This document shows, piece by piece, positions 46,112 through 55,521 of a stretch of DNA of 55,521 bases (position 1 is its first letter; each line of letters starts with the position of its first letter). Both the position numbers and the translations under genes were made by a program. The notes beneath the pieces were generated by a model. The model was not told the DNA's origin. It ran no database searches and saw only the letters and a list, made by a program, of their open reading frames with translations. Source of the DNA: Candidatus Thorarchaeota archaeon. Lineage in GTDB: Archaea > Asgardarchaeota > Thorarchaeia > Thorarchaeales > Thorarchaeaceae. The stretch is taken from contig JBHLRS010000020.1 in NCBI GenBank assembly GCA_048882325.1, forward strand, positions 1-55,521. The letters are read 5' to 3'.

Positions 46112-46588
46112 TTACACTAGAACCTTCTCAAGCCAGACATGATATCCCCAAGGATTCTTGTTTTTCTCGAAGATTGAATACCCGTGCTTTTTGTAAAAGC
46201 TCACAGCCCACTCTGCGTCGCTGTCTGTTTCTAAGCGAACCTTCGTGAAATTGAGGTGCTTCGCCTTCTTTTCAAGAAAACTCAGCAGCGCAGAACCAAT
46301 CCCTTGCCTTTGGTACTTTGAATGAACGTGCATTAGTGGAATCCATGCTGTATCCTCGTTTCTAGTTCCAAAAGATCCCACAGCAACAATCCTGCCCCGC
46401 TTCTTGTGGATATAGAACTCCATGACCTTTGCCATCTCATCAAATTGTTTTCGAGTCAAGAAAGGGTCAAGAAAATGTTCTTCCGGGATGATTTTGCTGT
46501 ACCATTCGCGATTGATTGTATTGATGAGTGTGAGAATCTCTTCCAAATCAGCTGGTTCAGCAGGTGTGAACTTGATTGATTGTGTCAT
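46112..46588 (-). CDS. GNAT family N-acetyltransferase
   Basis: VHSKYQRQGIGSALL, AVSFYKKHGY. Confidence 0.92.
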   Translation of the reverse strand: MTQSIKFTPAEPADLEEILTLINTINREWYSKIIPEEHFLDPFLTRKQFDEMAKVMEFYIHKKRGRIVAVGSFGTRNEDTAWIPLMHVHSKYQRQGIGSALLSFLEKKAKHLNFTKVRLETDSDAEWAVSFYKKHGYSIFEKNKNPWGYHVWLEKVLV

Positions 46589-46694
46589 TCAAACCGTGAT
46601 AGGAGTCACTTCAATAGGGATATGAATTCTTTCTCTTCTGAGGAGAGTTCTGGAAGTCCAGAGCCAAAATTCAAAACTATTTGATGATTAATTC

Positions 46695-47210
46695 TTGACA
46701 GGGGGATTGTTCGTGCAGGAATCCAAGGTTGGCAACTTAGGCGGGATTAGTAGACTACCTGGTATCATCGTTCCAGTCATTTTGCTTGGAATTGTGGCTA
46801 TCTTCTCACCTATTGCATACCTTGAGACCACTGAAACACCTCCATCTGATCCTCCTCCGCCCGGATGGAATACTTCTGTCACAATCTACCTCTGGGTGGC
46901 ACGATTCAGTAGCGCTTATTTCCAAAATATGTATGGTCTGGGAGATGGTGTGACCAATCTGCATACAACTCCATTCATTGTTCTGACGATTATCTATGTC
47001 ATCATCCATTTTGTTGTTAACATGAGAAGAATGAAGCCAAAATATGGTGCAGGACTTGGAGTTGTTCTGTTTCTGATTTGGGTGTCAATCTGTCAATTGA
47101 TCTATGGTACCTTGCAGGATTGGGCACTGATTCAAATCCCTATACTTCCACTAATAGGGTGCTGCATACTATTCATTGGATATTTGAATCAGCATGCAAG
47201 TTCCTCATGA
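46695..47210 (+). CDS. membrane hypothetical protein
   Basis: Four hydrophobic segments. Confidence 0.65.
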   Translation: MTGGLFVQESKVGNLGGISRLPGIIVPVILLGIVAIFSPIAYLETTETPPSDPPPPGWNTSVTIYLWVARFSSAYFQNMYGLGDGVTNLHTTPFIVLTIIYVIIHFVVNMRRMKPKYGAGLGVVLFLIWVSICQLIYGTLQDWALIQIPILPLIGCCILFIGYLNQHASSS

Positions 47211-47804
47211 TTAACGTACCAAGAGGAATGCGTACCTGTTCATTGATTCATTGTAATCCTTCAGAACGTTGAGTGGGTATCCTGCAGCACGAACTGTTGA
47301 GAAGACATCTACAGCAAGAGCTTCAGAGGTGGGACGAGCGCGTTTTGGATGTTTACAGTTCTCTCTAGAGATTGCACACTCTTCACAGAGATGACAACTA
47401 CCAGCAAAAAGGAGAAAGGCTTTCTCTTGTCCTGAAAGGAAGACCTCACGCTCTAGCTTCGAAAGTCTACCATCAATGTCTTTCACGACATCATGACGGT
47501 CTTCAGGATCATTGAGTTCGACTGGAAAGTGAAAGATTGCAATGTCTGAATACTCATCAAAGAGATCCCTGCACTCCGCGACCGATGGCGTGTTTGGTGG
47601 GCAACATGCCGCTTTGCCATAGGATGGACAACCATAAGCGCACTTCATACGCACCCAGTTTGCTACGACGACATCTTCTGGACCTATCCACTTATAGTTG
47701 TTAAAGCCATGTTTGTGAAAGAGACCTTCAATTTCCTTAAGTGATTGAGTCCTACTCATAGTCAATCTCTCCAGTAACCTGACCCACAACTTGGTTTTCA
47801 CCAT
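47211..47804 (-). CDS. DUF2284 metal-binding protein
   Basis: KCAYGCPSYG...CPP, GSCHLC..C...C.HP..ARP..EA..VDV. Confidence 0.85.
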   Translation of the reverse strand: MVKTKLWVRLLERLTMSRTQSLKEIEGLFHKHGFNNYKWIGPEDVVVANWVRMKCAYGCPSYGKAACCPPNTPSVAECRDLFDEYSDIAIFHFPVELNDPEDRHDVVKDIDGRLSKLEREVFLSGQEKAFLLFAGSCHLCEECAISRENCKHPKRARPTSEALAVDVFSTVRAAGYPLNVLKDYNESMNRYAFLLVR

Positions 47805-47913
47805 TATTTATGCTCATGTGTAAGCAATAATTCTCACAATCAACTTCATTCATTATCTCGGCTTAGAGGAACAGAATCATAAGTTCTCGAATTATGACAT
47901 AGGAGATTGCATC

Positions 47914-48753
47914 ATGAAAACATGGGAACAGAATGCTGAGGTCGCGTTTCAGGGAGAACAAGGTGCGTATAGCGAAGCCGCAGTCTTCAAGATATTCGGT
48001 TCGACAGCTAGACCAAAACCCTGTAAGCGTTTCTTGGATGTTTTTGAAGAGGTTTGGAATGGAACGACCAAGTATGGGGTTATTCCAATCGAGAACTCGA
48101 TTGAGGGGAGTGTCAGGCCAGTATACGACCTTTTTCTTCAGTATGAACTGAAAGTGTGTGGTGAGCTGGACCTTAGAATATCACACTGCCTGATTGCTAA
48201 TCCAGGTACGCATCTGGAATCGGTGAATGTTGTCTATTCACATCCTCAAGCTTTGGGCCAATGTAGAAACTATTTGGATAGATTGGGAGTCGAATTGATC
48301 TCGACCTATGACACTGCTGGAAGTGTGAAGATGATAAAGGAGCTGGGTTTGACAGATGCAGCGTCTATAGCGGGAGAAAGAGCGGCTGAGATTTATGAGA
48401 TGAAGATTCTTGCTAAGGATATCGCTGACACTAAGACCAACTTCACACGTTTCTTTATACTAGCCAAGGAAGAAGTCCCTCCTAGCGGAAGTGACAAGAC
48501 CTCAATCATCTTCTCGACGAAGCATGTCCCAGGGGCGCTCTATAGCGCTCTGGGAGAACTGGCTACTCGAGGGATTAACATGACCAAGATAGAATCCAGA
48601 CCTACTAAGCAGAATCTCTGGGAATATAATTTCTACATGGACTTTGAGGGACATTCGAGTGATCCACTCTGCGCAGAGGCATTAGAGGGATTGAGAAACA
48701 ATTCACTCTTTGTCAAGGTCCTAGGCTCATATCCGAAGGCGATTGAGCAGTAA
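47914..48753 (+). CDS. pheA: prephenate dehydratase
   Basis: PIENSIEGSV, SHPQALGQC, NFTRF, ACT domain IESRP, LGSYP. Confidence 0.95.
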   Translation: MKTWEQNAEVAFQGEQGAYSEAAVFKIFGSTARPKPCKRFLDVFEEVWNGTTKYGVIPIENSIEGSVRPVYDLFLQYELKVCGELDLRISHCLIANPGTHLESVNVVYSHPQALGQCRNYLDRLGVELISTYDTAGSVKMIKELGLTDAASIAGERAAEIYEMKILAKDIADTKTNFTRFFILAKEEVPPSGSDKTSIIFSTKHVPGALYSALGELATRGINMTKIESRPTKQNLWEYNFYMDFEGHSSDPLCAEALEGLRNNSLFVKVLGSYPKAIEQ

Positions 48754-48768
48754 AACAGGGTTGTAAAG

Positions 48769-48930
48769 GGACCCACCCCGAGTGCGACGAGGCAAAATCG
48801 CACCACTTGCGGGTGGGTCCGAGGGAGGGAGTTGTCTTCTGAAGTATAATGGGACTCTGCGCGGCATTGTGATCCAAGACGTGCATTGTTTCTGTGGCGA
48901 GTCCCTGAAGGTGTGTGTGAATCTTGGATT
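48769..48930 (-). ncRNA. putative structured non-coding RNA
   Basis: Crossing stems (48851/48899 and 48872/48922) plus a GC-rich terminal hairpin 48769-48820; minus-strand TATA-like CTTATATT at 48953-48960. Confidence 0.35.
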
Positions 48931-49092
48931 CAAATTCATATACGGAGTGGTCAATATAAGACCGTCATGCTAGCAATCGTCGGTTTTTCACCTCAAATTT
49001 GCAAAAAAGTTGCAGTTCAGATACAAGCAAAGAACTATGGCAATGTATAAAGGCCAAAAAGAGCGCGATGAGGTTGAGTCCCGCAGGAGTGG

Positions 49093-50100
49093 TTGATGAC
49101 GTCTTCCCGAAGGATAGCAATCGTTGGAACAGGTAATATGGGCCGCATTCACGCACGTATTCTTTGTGACATGGGAGTCCTAGTAGGCGTGGCTGACATG
49201 GATAAAGCGACGGTTGAACAGGTAGCTAAGAGTCACAACACGAAAGCATTCTATGATTTCGAGAGCATGATTGATGAAACAAATCCGGAGGGTGTTGTCA
49301 TCTCTACACCCACTTCAACGCATGCAGATATCGCCCGCTCAATTGCGACAGAATATGAGGGTATCAAAGGAATCTTGATTGAAAAGCCTCTTGCAAGTAC
49401 CCTTGAGGACGGAAAGAAAGTTGCAGAGGTTGTGAAGAAGAAAGGAATCGTCACTCTTGTGTCTCACTCTGAGATCTATAATCCAATCGTAGACCGTGCT
49501 CTATCCCTCATTGACAGCGATGCTATTGGAACACCACGAACAGTGATTCACGACCGACGGGGATTTGTTGATCCTGCAAGAATTCCTTCACTCGGTGATG
49601 TCTTCGAGGACATCGGAGTTCATGACTTTGACATAATGGCAAGAATCAGTAGTGGTCCAGCAAAACTCTATGCCCAGAGCAATACTGCTGGTGGAATTCA
49701 TAACAGCGGTACGGTTATGGTGAAGTTTGACTCAGGTACTGAGCACTTCTTCCATCTTTCGAGACAGTATGCAGGACGTAGACGATCCATGGATGTGTCG
49801 GGAACGAAAGGAGCACTTGTGTTGGACTTGTTTGGTCAGATAATCAAAGTACAGCACCTTGACCAAGCTCCCGTCGCCAAGGGAGATACAATCAATCTTC
49901 CAGAGAGAGGAGCTACTATCAAGGTCTATGGAGAACCAATACGGGAAGTTCTCAACGACTTCTTGCGATGCATAAGTTCAGGAGAAACCCCACGAGTGAG
50001 TGTTGATGATGCAATCTGTGCGCTTCAGATTGTGGAGGCAGCACGAGAGAGTGCAGAATCAGGCAAGGTCATTGATATTGAAATCAGATCTAGGACTTGA
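49093..50100 (+). CDS. Gfo/Idh/MocA family oxidoreductase
   Basis: IVGTGNMG, TPTSTH, IEKPLA, DIGVHDFD. Confidence 0.9.
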   Translation: MMTSSRRIAIVGTGNMGRIHARILCDMGVLVGVADMDKATVEQVAKSHNTKAFYDFESMIDETNPEGVVISTPTSTHADIARSIATEYEGIKGILIEKPLASTLEDGKKVAEVVKKKGIVTLVSHSEIYNPIVDRALSLIDSDAIGTPRTVIHDRRGFVDPARIPSLGDVFEDIGVHDFDIMARISSGPAKLYAQSNTAGGIHNSGTVMVKFDSGTEHFFHLSRQYAGRRRSMDVSGTKGALVLDLFGQIIKVQHLDQAPVAKGDTINLPERGATIKVYGEPIREVLNDFLRCISSGETPRVSVDDAICALQIVEAARESAESGKVIDIEIRSRT

Positions 50101-51388
50101 TCCTACCAATCAAATGGGTTCTCTCAGATGATGTTATCTCAACATCAACAATGATCCCAGGACTCAAGTCACTATGAACAATCACTGTCTTGTAGGATGC
50201 ATTGCGACCGAGCATTCCACCCTTTGACCCCTTTTCCGTTATTATCACTGGTCCTGTCCATCCAATCCAGGCTGCATTGTCATCTATTAGTATTTCATCA
50301 ACGAGTTTGGTCAACAGCCTGCTTCGTTTCTTCTTCAAGGAGGTTTCCACCTTCTCCTTTGATTTTGAAGCAAGTGTGTTTGGCCGGTCTCCATACTTTG
50401 AGATATTCGTGATCGATGGCTTAACCTGCCGAATAACTTTGACAGTCTGCTCGAAGTCTGAGTCGTCTTCGCCTGGGAAACCCACAATGATGTCGGTGGC
50501 AATTGTTGCATCAGTGAACCGTTCTCTCACTCTTGCAACTACACGCTCCCACTCACTCACAGTATAGCGACGTTTCATTTTCTCCAGAACACTGTCACTA
50601 CCAGACTGCAGTGGAATGTGGAAGAATTTGAAGAAATGTTCATTGTCCATTGCCTCTAAAAGGTCGCTGATTGAACTCATCACAATGTCAGGATTGAACA
50701 TACCTAGTCGGAACTTGTGAGGTCCTTCAATCTGACGTATCGAGAGCATGAGATCTGTAAGCGTTTCACCTGTATCGGTTCCATACACAGCCGCATCCTG
50801 AGATGTCAGGCGAATTTCGCGATACCCAAGATGAACACAACGCTCTATCTTCTGAAAGATATCCGCAATCGAGTAGCTCCTCACATTTCCGCGAGCAAAC
50901 TTTACTGCACAGTATGTACAGCTTCCCAGGCAACCTTCACAGATAGGAATTGTACAGATTACGCTATCAGGAGGGCCTGCGAACCACCTTAGTTTGTAGG
51001 AATCATCAGACTCAATGTGTCGAATACCCCTCTCGCCTTCAAGAATGCGTGGAACAACCTGTGCAAGGGTTTCAACTGACTGAGGTCCTAGCAGGGCTGC
51101 GTATCCTGGAATGGCCTTCTCAACTCGAGCTAATGATATCTTTGGGAGACAGCCTGTGATCACGACAGGAGTGTCACCCTTAGACAGTTCCTCGAGCCTA
51201 TGGACTATCTTGTCTTCAGTCGGCTCTTTGACTCCACAAGTGTTTAGGAGAATAAGCTCTGCGTCCCGGATATCTTGAACTCTCAGACCATCAATAGATT
51301 CTAGGCGTCCTACTATAATGTCAGAGTCTGCAGTGTTTAGTGAACATCCATACGTTTCAAGATAATACTTGAGACCCATACTTACCAC
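50090..51388 (-). CDS. mtaB: tRNA t6A37 methylthiotransferase (archaeal MtaB/CDKAL1-type, MiaB-like)
   Basis: ETYGCSLN, NTCGVK, GC, CLGSCTYC radical SAM motif, C-terminal TRAM. Confidence 0.85.
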   Translation of the reverse strand: MVSMGLKYYLETYGCSLNTADSDIIVGRLESIDGLRVQDIRDAELILLNTCGVKEPTEDKIVHRLEELSKGDTPVVITGCLPKISLARVEKAIPGYAALLGPQSVETLAQVVPRILEGERGIRHIESDDSYKLRWFAGPPDSVICTIPICEGCLGSCTYCAVKFARGNVRSYSIADIFQKIERCVHLGYREIRLTSQDAAVYGTDTGETLTDLMLSIRQIEGPHKFRLGMFNPDIVMSSISDLLEAMDNEHFFKFFHIPLQSGSDSVLEKMKRRYTVSEWERVVARVRERFTDATIATDIIVGFPGEDDSDFEQTVKVIRQVKPSITNISKYGDRPNTLASKSKEKVETSLKKKRSRLLTKLVDEILIDDNAAWIGWTGPVIITEKGSKGGMLGRNASYKTVIVHSDLSPGIIVDVEITSSERTHLIGRIKS

Positions 51389-51390
51389 GC

Positions 51391-51672
51391 CTATCCGCCC
51401 TGGACATGAGGAAGAATTGCTACCTCATCACCGTCATGTACTACTATCTCAGTGCCACCCAACGTTTCAACATCTTTCTTATTGAGCATAACAATCAGAT
51501 TGCCACTGATGTCGTTATCGTGCATTATCAGATTTCGGAGCCCTTCACCTCCAATCTCAACAACCCTATCGACCACTTGTCGCACTGTTGAGTCAGCTGG
51601 GACCTCGACTTCAATGACTTGCTCTTTCAGGAGCCTTCGCACTGGTCCAAAAGACTTGAACTTGACCTTCAA
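51391..51672 (-). CDS. MoaD/ThiS family ubiquitin-like small archaeal modifier
   Basis: Beta-grasp pattern ending DGDEVAILPHVQGG. Confidence 0.9.
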   Translation of the reverse strand: MKVKFKSFGPVRRLLKEQVIEVEVPADSTVRQVVDRVVEIGGEGLRNLIMHDNDISGNLIVMLNKKDVETLGGTEIVVHDGDEVAILPHVQGG

Positions 51673-51704
51673 ATGTTTAACCAGTTTAGGTGAAAGTTAG
51701 AGTG

Positions 51705-52076
51705 TTATTCAGCCTTTTGATAGTGGGCAATAATCTCATCCACAAGTGCATCAACAACAGAGATGATTTCTTGAATATCCTCACTGGTGGCTTTGTCATA
51801 GTGAATACCTACTGTCACAACAACGGGGACTTCTAGCGCTTTACAGATTTTCTCCGCAGCAGTGTTTGCTACAACGTAATCTTTGTGTCCGGGTAGAGTG
51901 AGAGTATTCACACTGACCGTTGTTGCATCTCTGTAATGACTTGGTGTAGGATATGCTGTAGCCACACCACCAATGTGGTGCTCATCACCACCATAGATAG
52001 CAATCAGAAGGTCTTTTCCAAACTCCTTTGCTTCAAGATAGATAGGGTGCCTCCCAGCCTTTTTCTCGACTATCAT
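51705..52076 (-). CDS. hypothetical protein (LpdD-like)
   Basis: GGDEHHIGG, PGHKD, VVTVGIH motifs. Confidence 0.7.
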   Translation of the reverse strand: MIVEKKAGRHPIYLEAKEFGKDLLIAIYGGDEHHIGGVATAYPTPSHYRDATTVSVNTLTLPGHKDYVVANTAAEKICKALEVPVVVTVGIHYDKATSEDIQEIISVVDALVDEIIAHYQKAE

Positions 52077-52131
52077 TGGTTCTCAGGGAACATAACTTGC
52101 CTCTAACCCTTTCGGTAGGCTCTGAGATTTT

Positions 52132-53697
52132 CTATTCCTGTTTCTCATCCTTACGTTCTTTGTACATTCTATAGGAGAGGGTCATGGTCTTCGGATGAGC
52201 AGACCTGTACTCATCAAGGAGACCGACTGATGTGGAGTAAGGGGCATTCTTCACCTTTTCAGGCTCTTCGTGTGCTTCTTTCGAGATTTTCTCAAGGACT
52301 GAGATGAAGTAATCCAATTCCTGACGGGATTCGGTTTCAGTGGGTTCAATCATTAACGCCTCAGGAACTATTAGAGGGAAGTAGACAGTGGGAGCGTGGA
52401 CACCAAAGTCCAACAGTCGCTTTGCGACATTCATGGCTGTGACATCAGTCTTCTCTTTCAATTCCTCTACCGAGATGACGCACTCATGCATTCTTGGTGC
52501 ATCCTTTGAGTAAGGAAGTGTAAAGCCAGGGATCTTGCTGACATGATGAGCGACATAGTTGGCGTTGAGTACAGCAGCCTCAGATGCTCGTTCAAGACCT
52601 TCTGATCCCAACGCATAGATATAGGCATATGCGCGGATGAGCACACCGAAGTTCCCATAGAAACTCTTGACCTTCCCGATTGACCTGGGATAGTCATAGT
52701 CAAGGTCAAAACTGCCATCATCCTTCCGAACAACGCGTGGGACCGGGAGAAACTCTTTCAGCTTCTCAGTAACGCCAACAGGTCCTGCTCCAGGTCCACC
52801 CCCACCATGAGGCGTCGAGAATGACTTGTGAAGGTTGAGATGGACAACATCAAAGCCCATGTCACCAGGTCGTACTTTCCCCATGATAGCATTGAAGTTT
52901 GCACCATCATAGTACACTAATCCTCCAGTATCATGAACAATCCCTGCGATCTCAGCAATGTCCTTCTCAAACACACCTATCGTGTTGGGATTAGTAAGCA
53001 TGAGACCAGCTGTCGTTGGTCCTGCAGCCTCTTTCAGTGCATCCAGATCCACCAATCCCTCCTCACTGGAAGGAACCACAACTACCTTGTATCCAGCCAT
53101 GGCTGCTGATGCAGGATTGGTTCCATGGGCAGCATCTGGAATGAGCATCTCTGTCCTCAGCTCACAGCTCTCAGTGAAGCAACGATGGTACTCGCGCATC
53201 ATCATGACTCCTGTCCATTCACCCTGAGCTCCAGCTGCTGGCTGGAGTGTGATTGCATCCATACCTGTGATCTCTGCAAGCCACTTTTCCAACTCCCACA
53301 TCAACTCGAGAGACCCTTGAGCCATGGAAGTATCTTGCAGAGGATGTAACCAGGCAAAACCAGGTGTGTTTGCAGCCCAGTTGTTCTCCGCGGGATTGTA
53401 CTTCATTGTGCAGCTACCAAGAGGATATGTGCCTAGATTCACTGCAAAGTTCATCTGGGAGAGTCTGGTGAAGTGACGAGCAACAGCAGGTTCAGAAACC
53501 TCCGGAATCTCCGGGAGATTCTTGCGAGCCATGTTGCTGGGAATGATATCTCCAATCTTCCCGACCAAGTTTTTCACATCATCTGTGGCAGCTGGGAATA
53601 CATGACCTACAACTCCGGGAGTGGACCTCTCAAAGAGTAGTGGTTCATCCCACTTTGCTTGACACATTTTGGTGTCGTCAGGGGTATGATGCTTCAT
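52132..53697 (-). CDS. gcvPB: glycine dehydrogenase (decarboxylating) subunit 2
   Basis: PLGSCTMKYNP, AHGTNPASA, HLNLHKSFSTPHGGGGPG. Confidence 0.96.
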   Translation of the reverse strand: MKHHTPDDTKMCQAKWDEPLLFERSTPGVVGHVFPAATDDVKNLVGKIGDIIPSNMARKNLPEIPEVSEPAVARHFTRLSQMNFAVNLGTYPLGSCTMKYNPAENNWAANTPGFAWLHPLQDTSMAQGSLELMWELEKWLAEITGMDAITLQPAAGAQGEWTGVMMMREYHRCFTESCELRTEMLIPDAAHGTNPASAAMAGYKVVVVPSSEEGLVDLDALKEAAGPTTAGLMLTNPNTIGVFEKDIAEIAGIVHDTGGLVYYDGANFNAIMGKVRPGDMGFDVVHLNLHKSFSTPHGGGGPGAGPVGVTEKLKEFLPVPRVVRKDDGSFDLDYDYPRSIGKVKSFYGNFGVLIRAYAYIYALGSEGLERASEAAVLNANYVAHHVSKIPGFTLPYSKDAPRMHECVISVEELKEKTDVTAMNVAKRLLDFGVHAPTVYFPLIVPEALMIEPTETESRQELDYFISVLEKISKEAHEEPEKVKNAPYSTSVGLLDEYRSAHPKTMTLSYRMYKERKDEKQE

Positions 53698-55100
53698 TAG
53701 TTAGCACCTCCCTGTGACACTATGTCCTCAACTGACCGTATCATCTCATCTATTGTATCCCTGCTGTGTATTTCGGTCACACAGAATAGCATTGATTCCC
53801 CAAGTTCTGGGAACTCATCATTCAGAATTCTACCGCCGTGCAGACCTCTCTCAATGAGACCTTTGTGCACATCCGCTGCTGTGACTCCTTTCTCAAACTT
53901 TACAACGAACTCTTTCCAAATCGCTTCTCCGAATGCAGGCGCCTTGACTCCCGGGATTTTGTCAAGCATCTTAGCAGTGTAATTGGCGTTGTATGCTATT
54001 GTTTCACCCACCTGCTGCAACCCGGTAGGACCAAGTAGGGACATGTAGATAGCAGCAGTCACTGCAGCAAGAGCCTGATTAGAGCAGATGTTACTGGTTG
54101 CTTTCTCTCTGCGAATGTGTTGCTCTCTGGGACTGAGTGTCAAAACATACCCATCCTCATAGGGTTCCTCCTCAGTCCTCGTCATTCCTACCAGACGACC
54201 TGGCATCTGATAGATCAGCTTGCGATCATTTATGCAACCGAAGATTCCAAGCAATGGACCGCCATATGTCATTGGAGAGCCGAGATGTTGTCCCTCGGCC
54301 ACCACAATGTCAGTCCCGTAGTCACCAGGTGGTCGTAAGAGACCCAACGAGAGGACATCAACGCCAGCAACAAGCAGCGCATCGTTCTCATGAACTATCT
54401 TACTAATGGCATCAACCTGTGTTTCAATGAATCCGAGAAAACTCGGGTTTTCCACATAGACTCCAGCCACTTGTTCATCTATCTTGGATTCGAGATCCGA
54501 GAGCGACAGCAGACCAGTCCTAGCATCATAGTCAATTTTCTCCACCTTGATGCTAGCAGGTTCTGTGTAGGTATGTATGACTTTGTAGTGTTCTGGATTC
54601 ATTGTACCTGGGACAAGAAACTTTGTCCGTCGTTTCTTCACTCGTACGGTCATCCTTGCAGCTTCTGCAACTGCAGTTGCCATGTCATACATTGATGAGT
54701 TGACGACATCGATGTCAAGAATCTCAGCTAAGAGGCTCTGGTACTCGAAAAGAGTTTGGAGCATGCCCTGGCTGACCTCAGCCTGATAGCTAGTATATGA
54801 TGTAAGAAACTCTGACCTACCTGCCAGTGCAGGAACTATAGCTGGAACATAATGCATTCCAATCCCGGCACCAAGAAACACCCTACCAGTATCTGCAGGT
54901 TTGTTTTTGTTGGCCAGTTCCTGTATTCTTCGAGTGACTTCAATCTCACTATGGGAGCGAGGGATATCCAGGTCATGCTGTAACAGGAACTTTGGGGGTA
55001 TGTTAGAGAACAGCTCGTCAAGACTCTTCTTACCGATTGACTCTAACATGTCCTTCTCGGTTGTCTTTGTCATCGGTATCCAGGGATGTTTGTATTCCAT
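53697..55100 (-). CDS. gcvPA: glycine dehydrogenase (decarboxylating) subunit 1
   Basis: YQAEVSQG, NSSMYD, GGP, REQHIRREKATSNICSNQ. Confidence 0.96.
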   Translation of the reverse strand: MEYKHPWIPMTKTTEKDMLESIGKKSLDELFSNIPPKFLLQHDLDIPRSHSEIEVTRRIQELANKNKPADTGRVFLGAGIGMHYVPAIVPALAGRSEFLTSYTSYQAEVSQGMLQTLFEYQSLLAEILDIDVVNSSMYDMATAVAEAARMTVRVKKRRTKFLVPGTMNPEHYKVIHTYTEPASIKVEKIDYDARTGLLSLSDLESKIDEQVAGVYVENPSFLGFIETQVDAISKIVHENDALLVAGVDVLSLGLLRPPGDYGTDIVVAEGQHLGSPMTYGGPLLGIFGCINDRKLIYQMPGRLVGMTRTEEEPYEDGYVLTLSPREQHIRREKATSNICSNQALAAVTAAIYMSLLGPTGLQQVGETIAYNANYTAKMLDKIPGVKAPAFGEAIWKEFVVKFEKGVTAADVHKGLIERGLHGGRILNDEFPELGESMLFCVTEIHSRDTIDEMIRSVEDIVSQGGAN

Positions 55101-55242
55101 TGTGGACTACTCCGAACAACGGTTGAGTGAGGCGCAGCTAGTCACCCAAATAGCCTTTCGGGTTCAACTCTCAAAGGTCAGATTGCTAGAATACTTTTTA
55201 ACGAAAACCGATTATTCGACGCCAGCCACTGACGTGATTGAA

Positions 55243-55521
55243 ATGAAACGCTGGTTGATGGATATCTTGGCCTGCCCGGTGAGCGATTGCAGAAGCAGTC
55301 TGGACCTGGAGGTCTATACCTCGCATAACCTCGAGGTTGATGGTGAGGAAATAGAAGAAATCGACGAAGCGTTAATAACATGTCCAAAGTGTGGCAGATG
55401 GTATCCCGTCATAGATGGGATAGCCTGCATGCTCCCTGATGATCTCAGGATGGATGGAAAACAGCGGATAGAGGAAACAGCCTTTCTTGAGCGTTGGAAG
55501 GAACGTATTGCTTCTGACATC
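55243..55521 (+). CDS. Trm112 family methyltransferase activator (runs off window end; not in ORF track)
   Basis: Translates MKRWLMDILACPVSDC...LITCPKCGRWYPVIDGIACMLPDDLR. Confidence 0.9.
   Translation, partial: MKRWLMDILACPVSDCRSSLDLEVYTSHNLEVDGEEIEEIDEALITCPKCGRWYPVIDGIACMLPDDLRMDGKQRIEETAFLERWKERIASDI

Noticed and set aside
48769-48930. SRP RNA, RNase P RNA or a telomerase-like RNA (pseudoknot + CA-rich stretch)
   Set aside because: The hallmark SRP helix-8 and RNase P GAGGAAAGUCC motifs are absent; the telomerase resemblance is superficial and unsupported.

Overview
Archaeal chromosome segment, very probably an Asgard archaeon (Thorarchaeota-like by inference). Support: archaeal ribosomal and information genes, a longin-like protein, a eukaryote-type topoisomerase IB and intron-rich tRNAs. 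The core is a long housekeeping cluster (nep1 / rpp21-yhbY-rps19e-PDCD5-rpl39e-rpl31e-eIF6-eL20-pfdA-ftsY-argF-pfkB-ftsZ-secE-spt5-rpl11-rpl1-rpl10-rpl12). Also present are pyrE, thiL, pheA, mtaB, a SAMP/MoaD gene, gcvPA/PB and trm112. There are six tRNA genes; three carry five 30-33 nt BHB-type introns, four of them at non-canonical positions. The most striking feature is that three tRNA genes (Val-GAC, Thr-CGT, Leu-GAG) are each followed by small 1-2-gene units delimited by direct copies of the tRNA 3' end, with no integrase in the window. At tRNA-Leu there are four such copies, which decay with distance and match the spliced (intron-less) T-loop. Three divergent paralogous membrane-protein genes there take their C-terminus (GAEGEI) from the antisense of the tRNA end, and two of them also take their stop codon from it. 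This looks like an integron-like, tRNA-anchored gene-cassette array. All calls are by eye from sequence motifs; no database searches were run.
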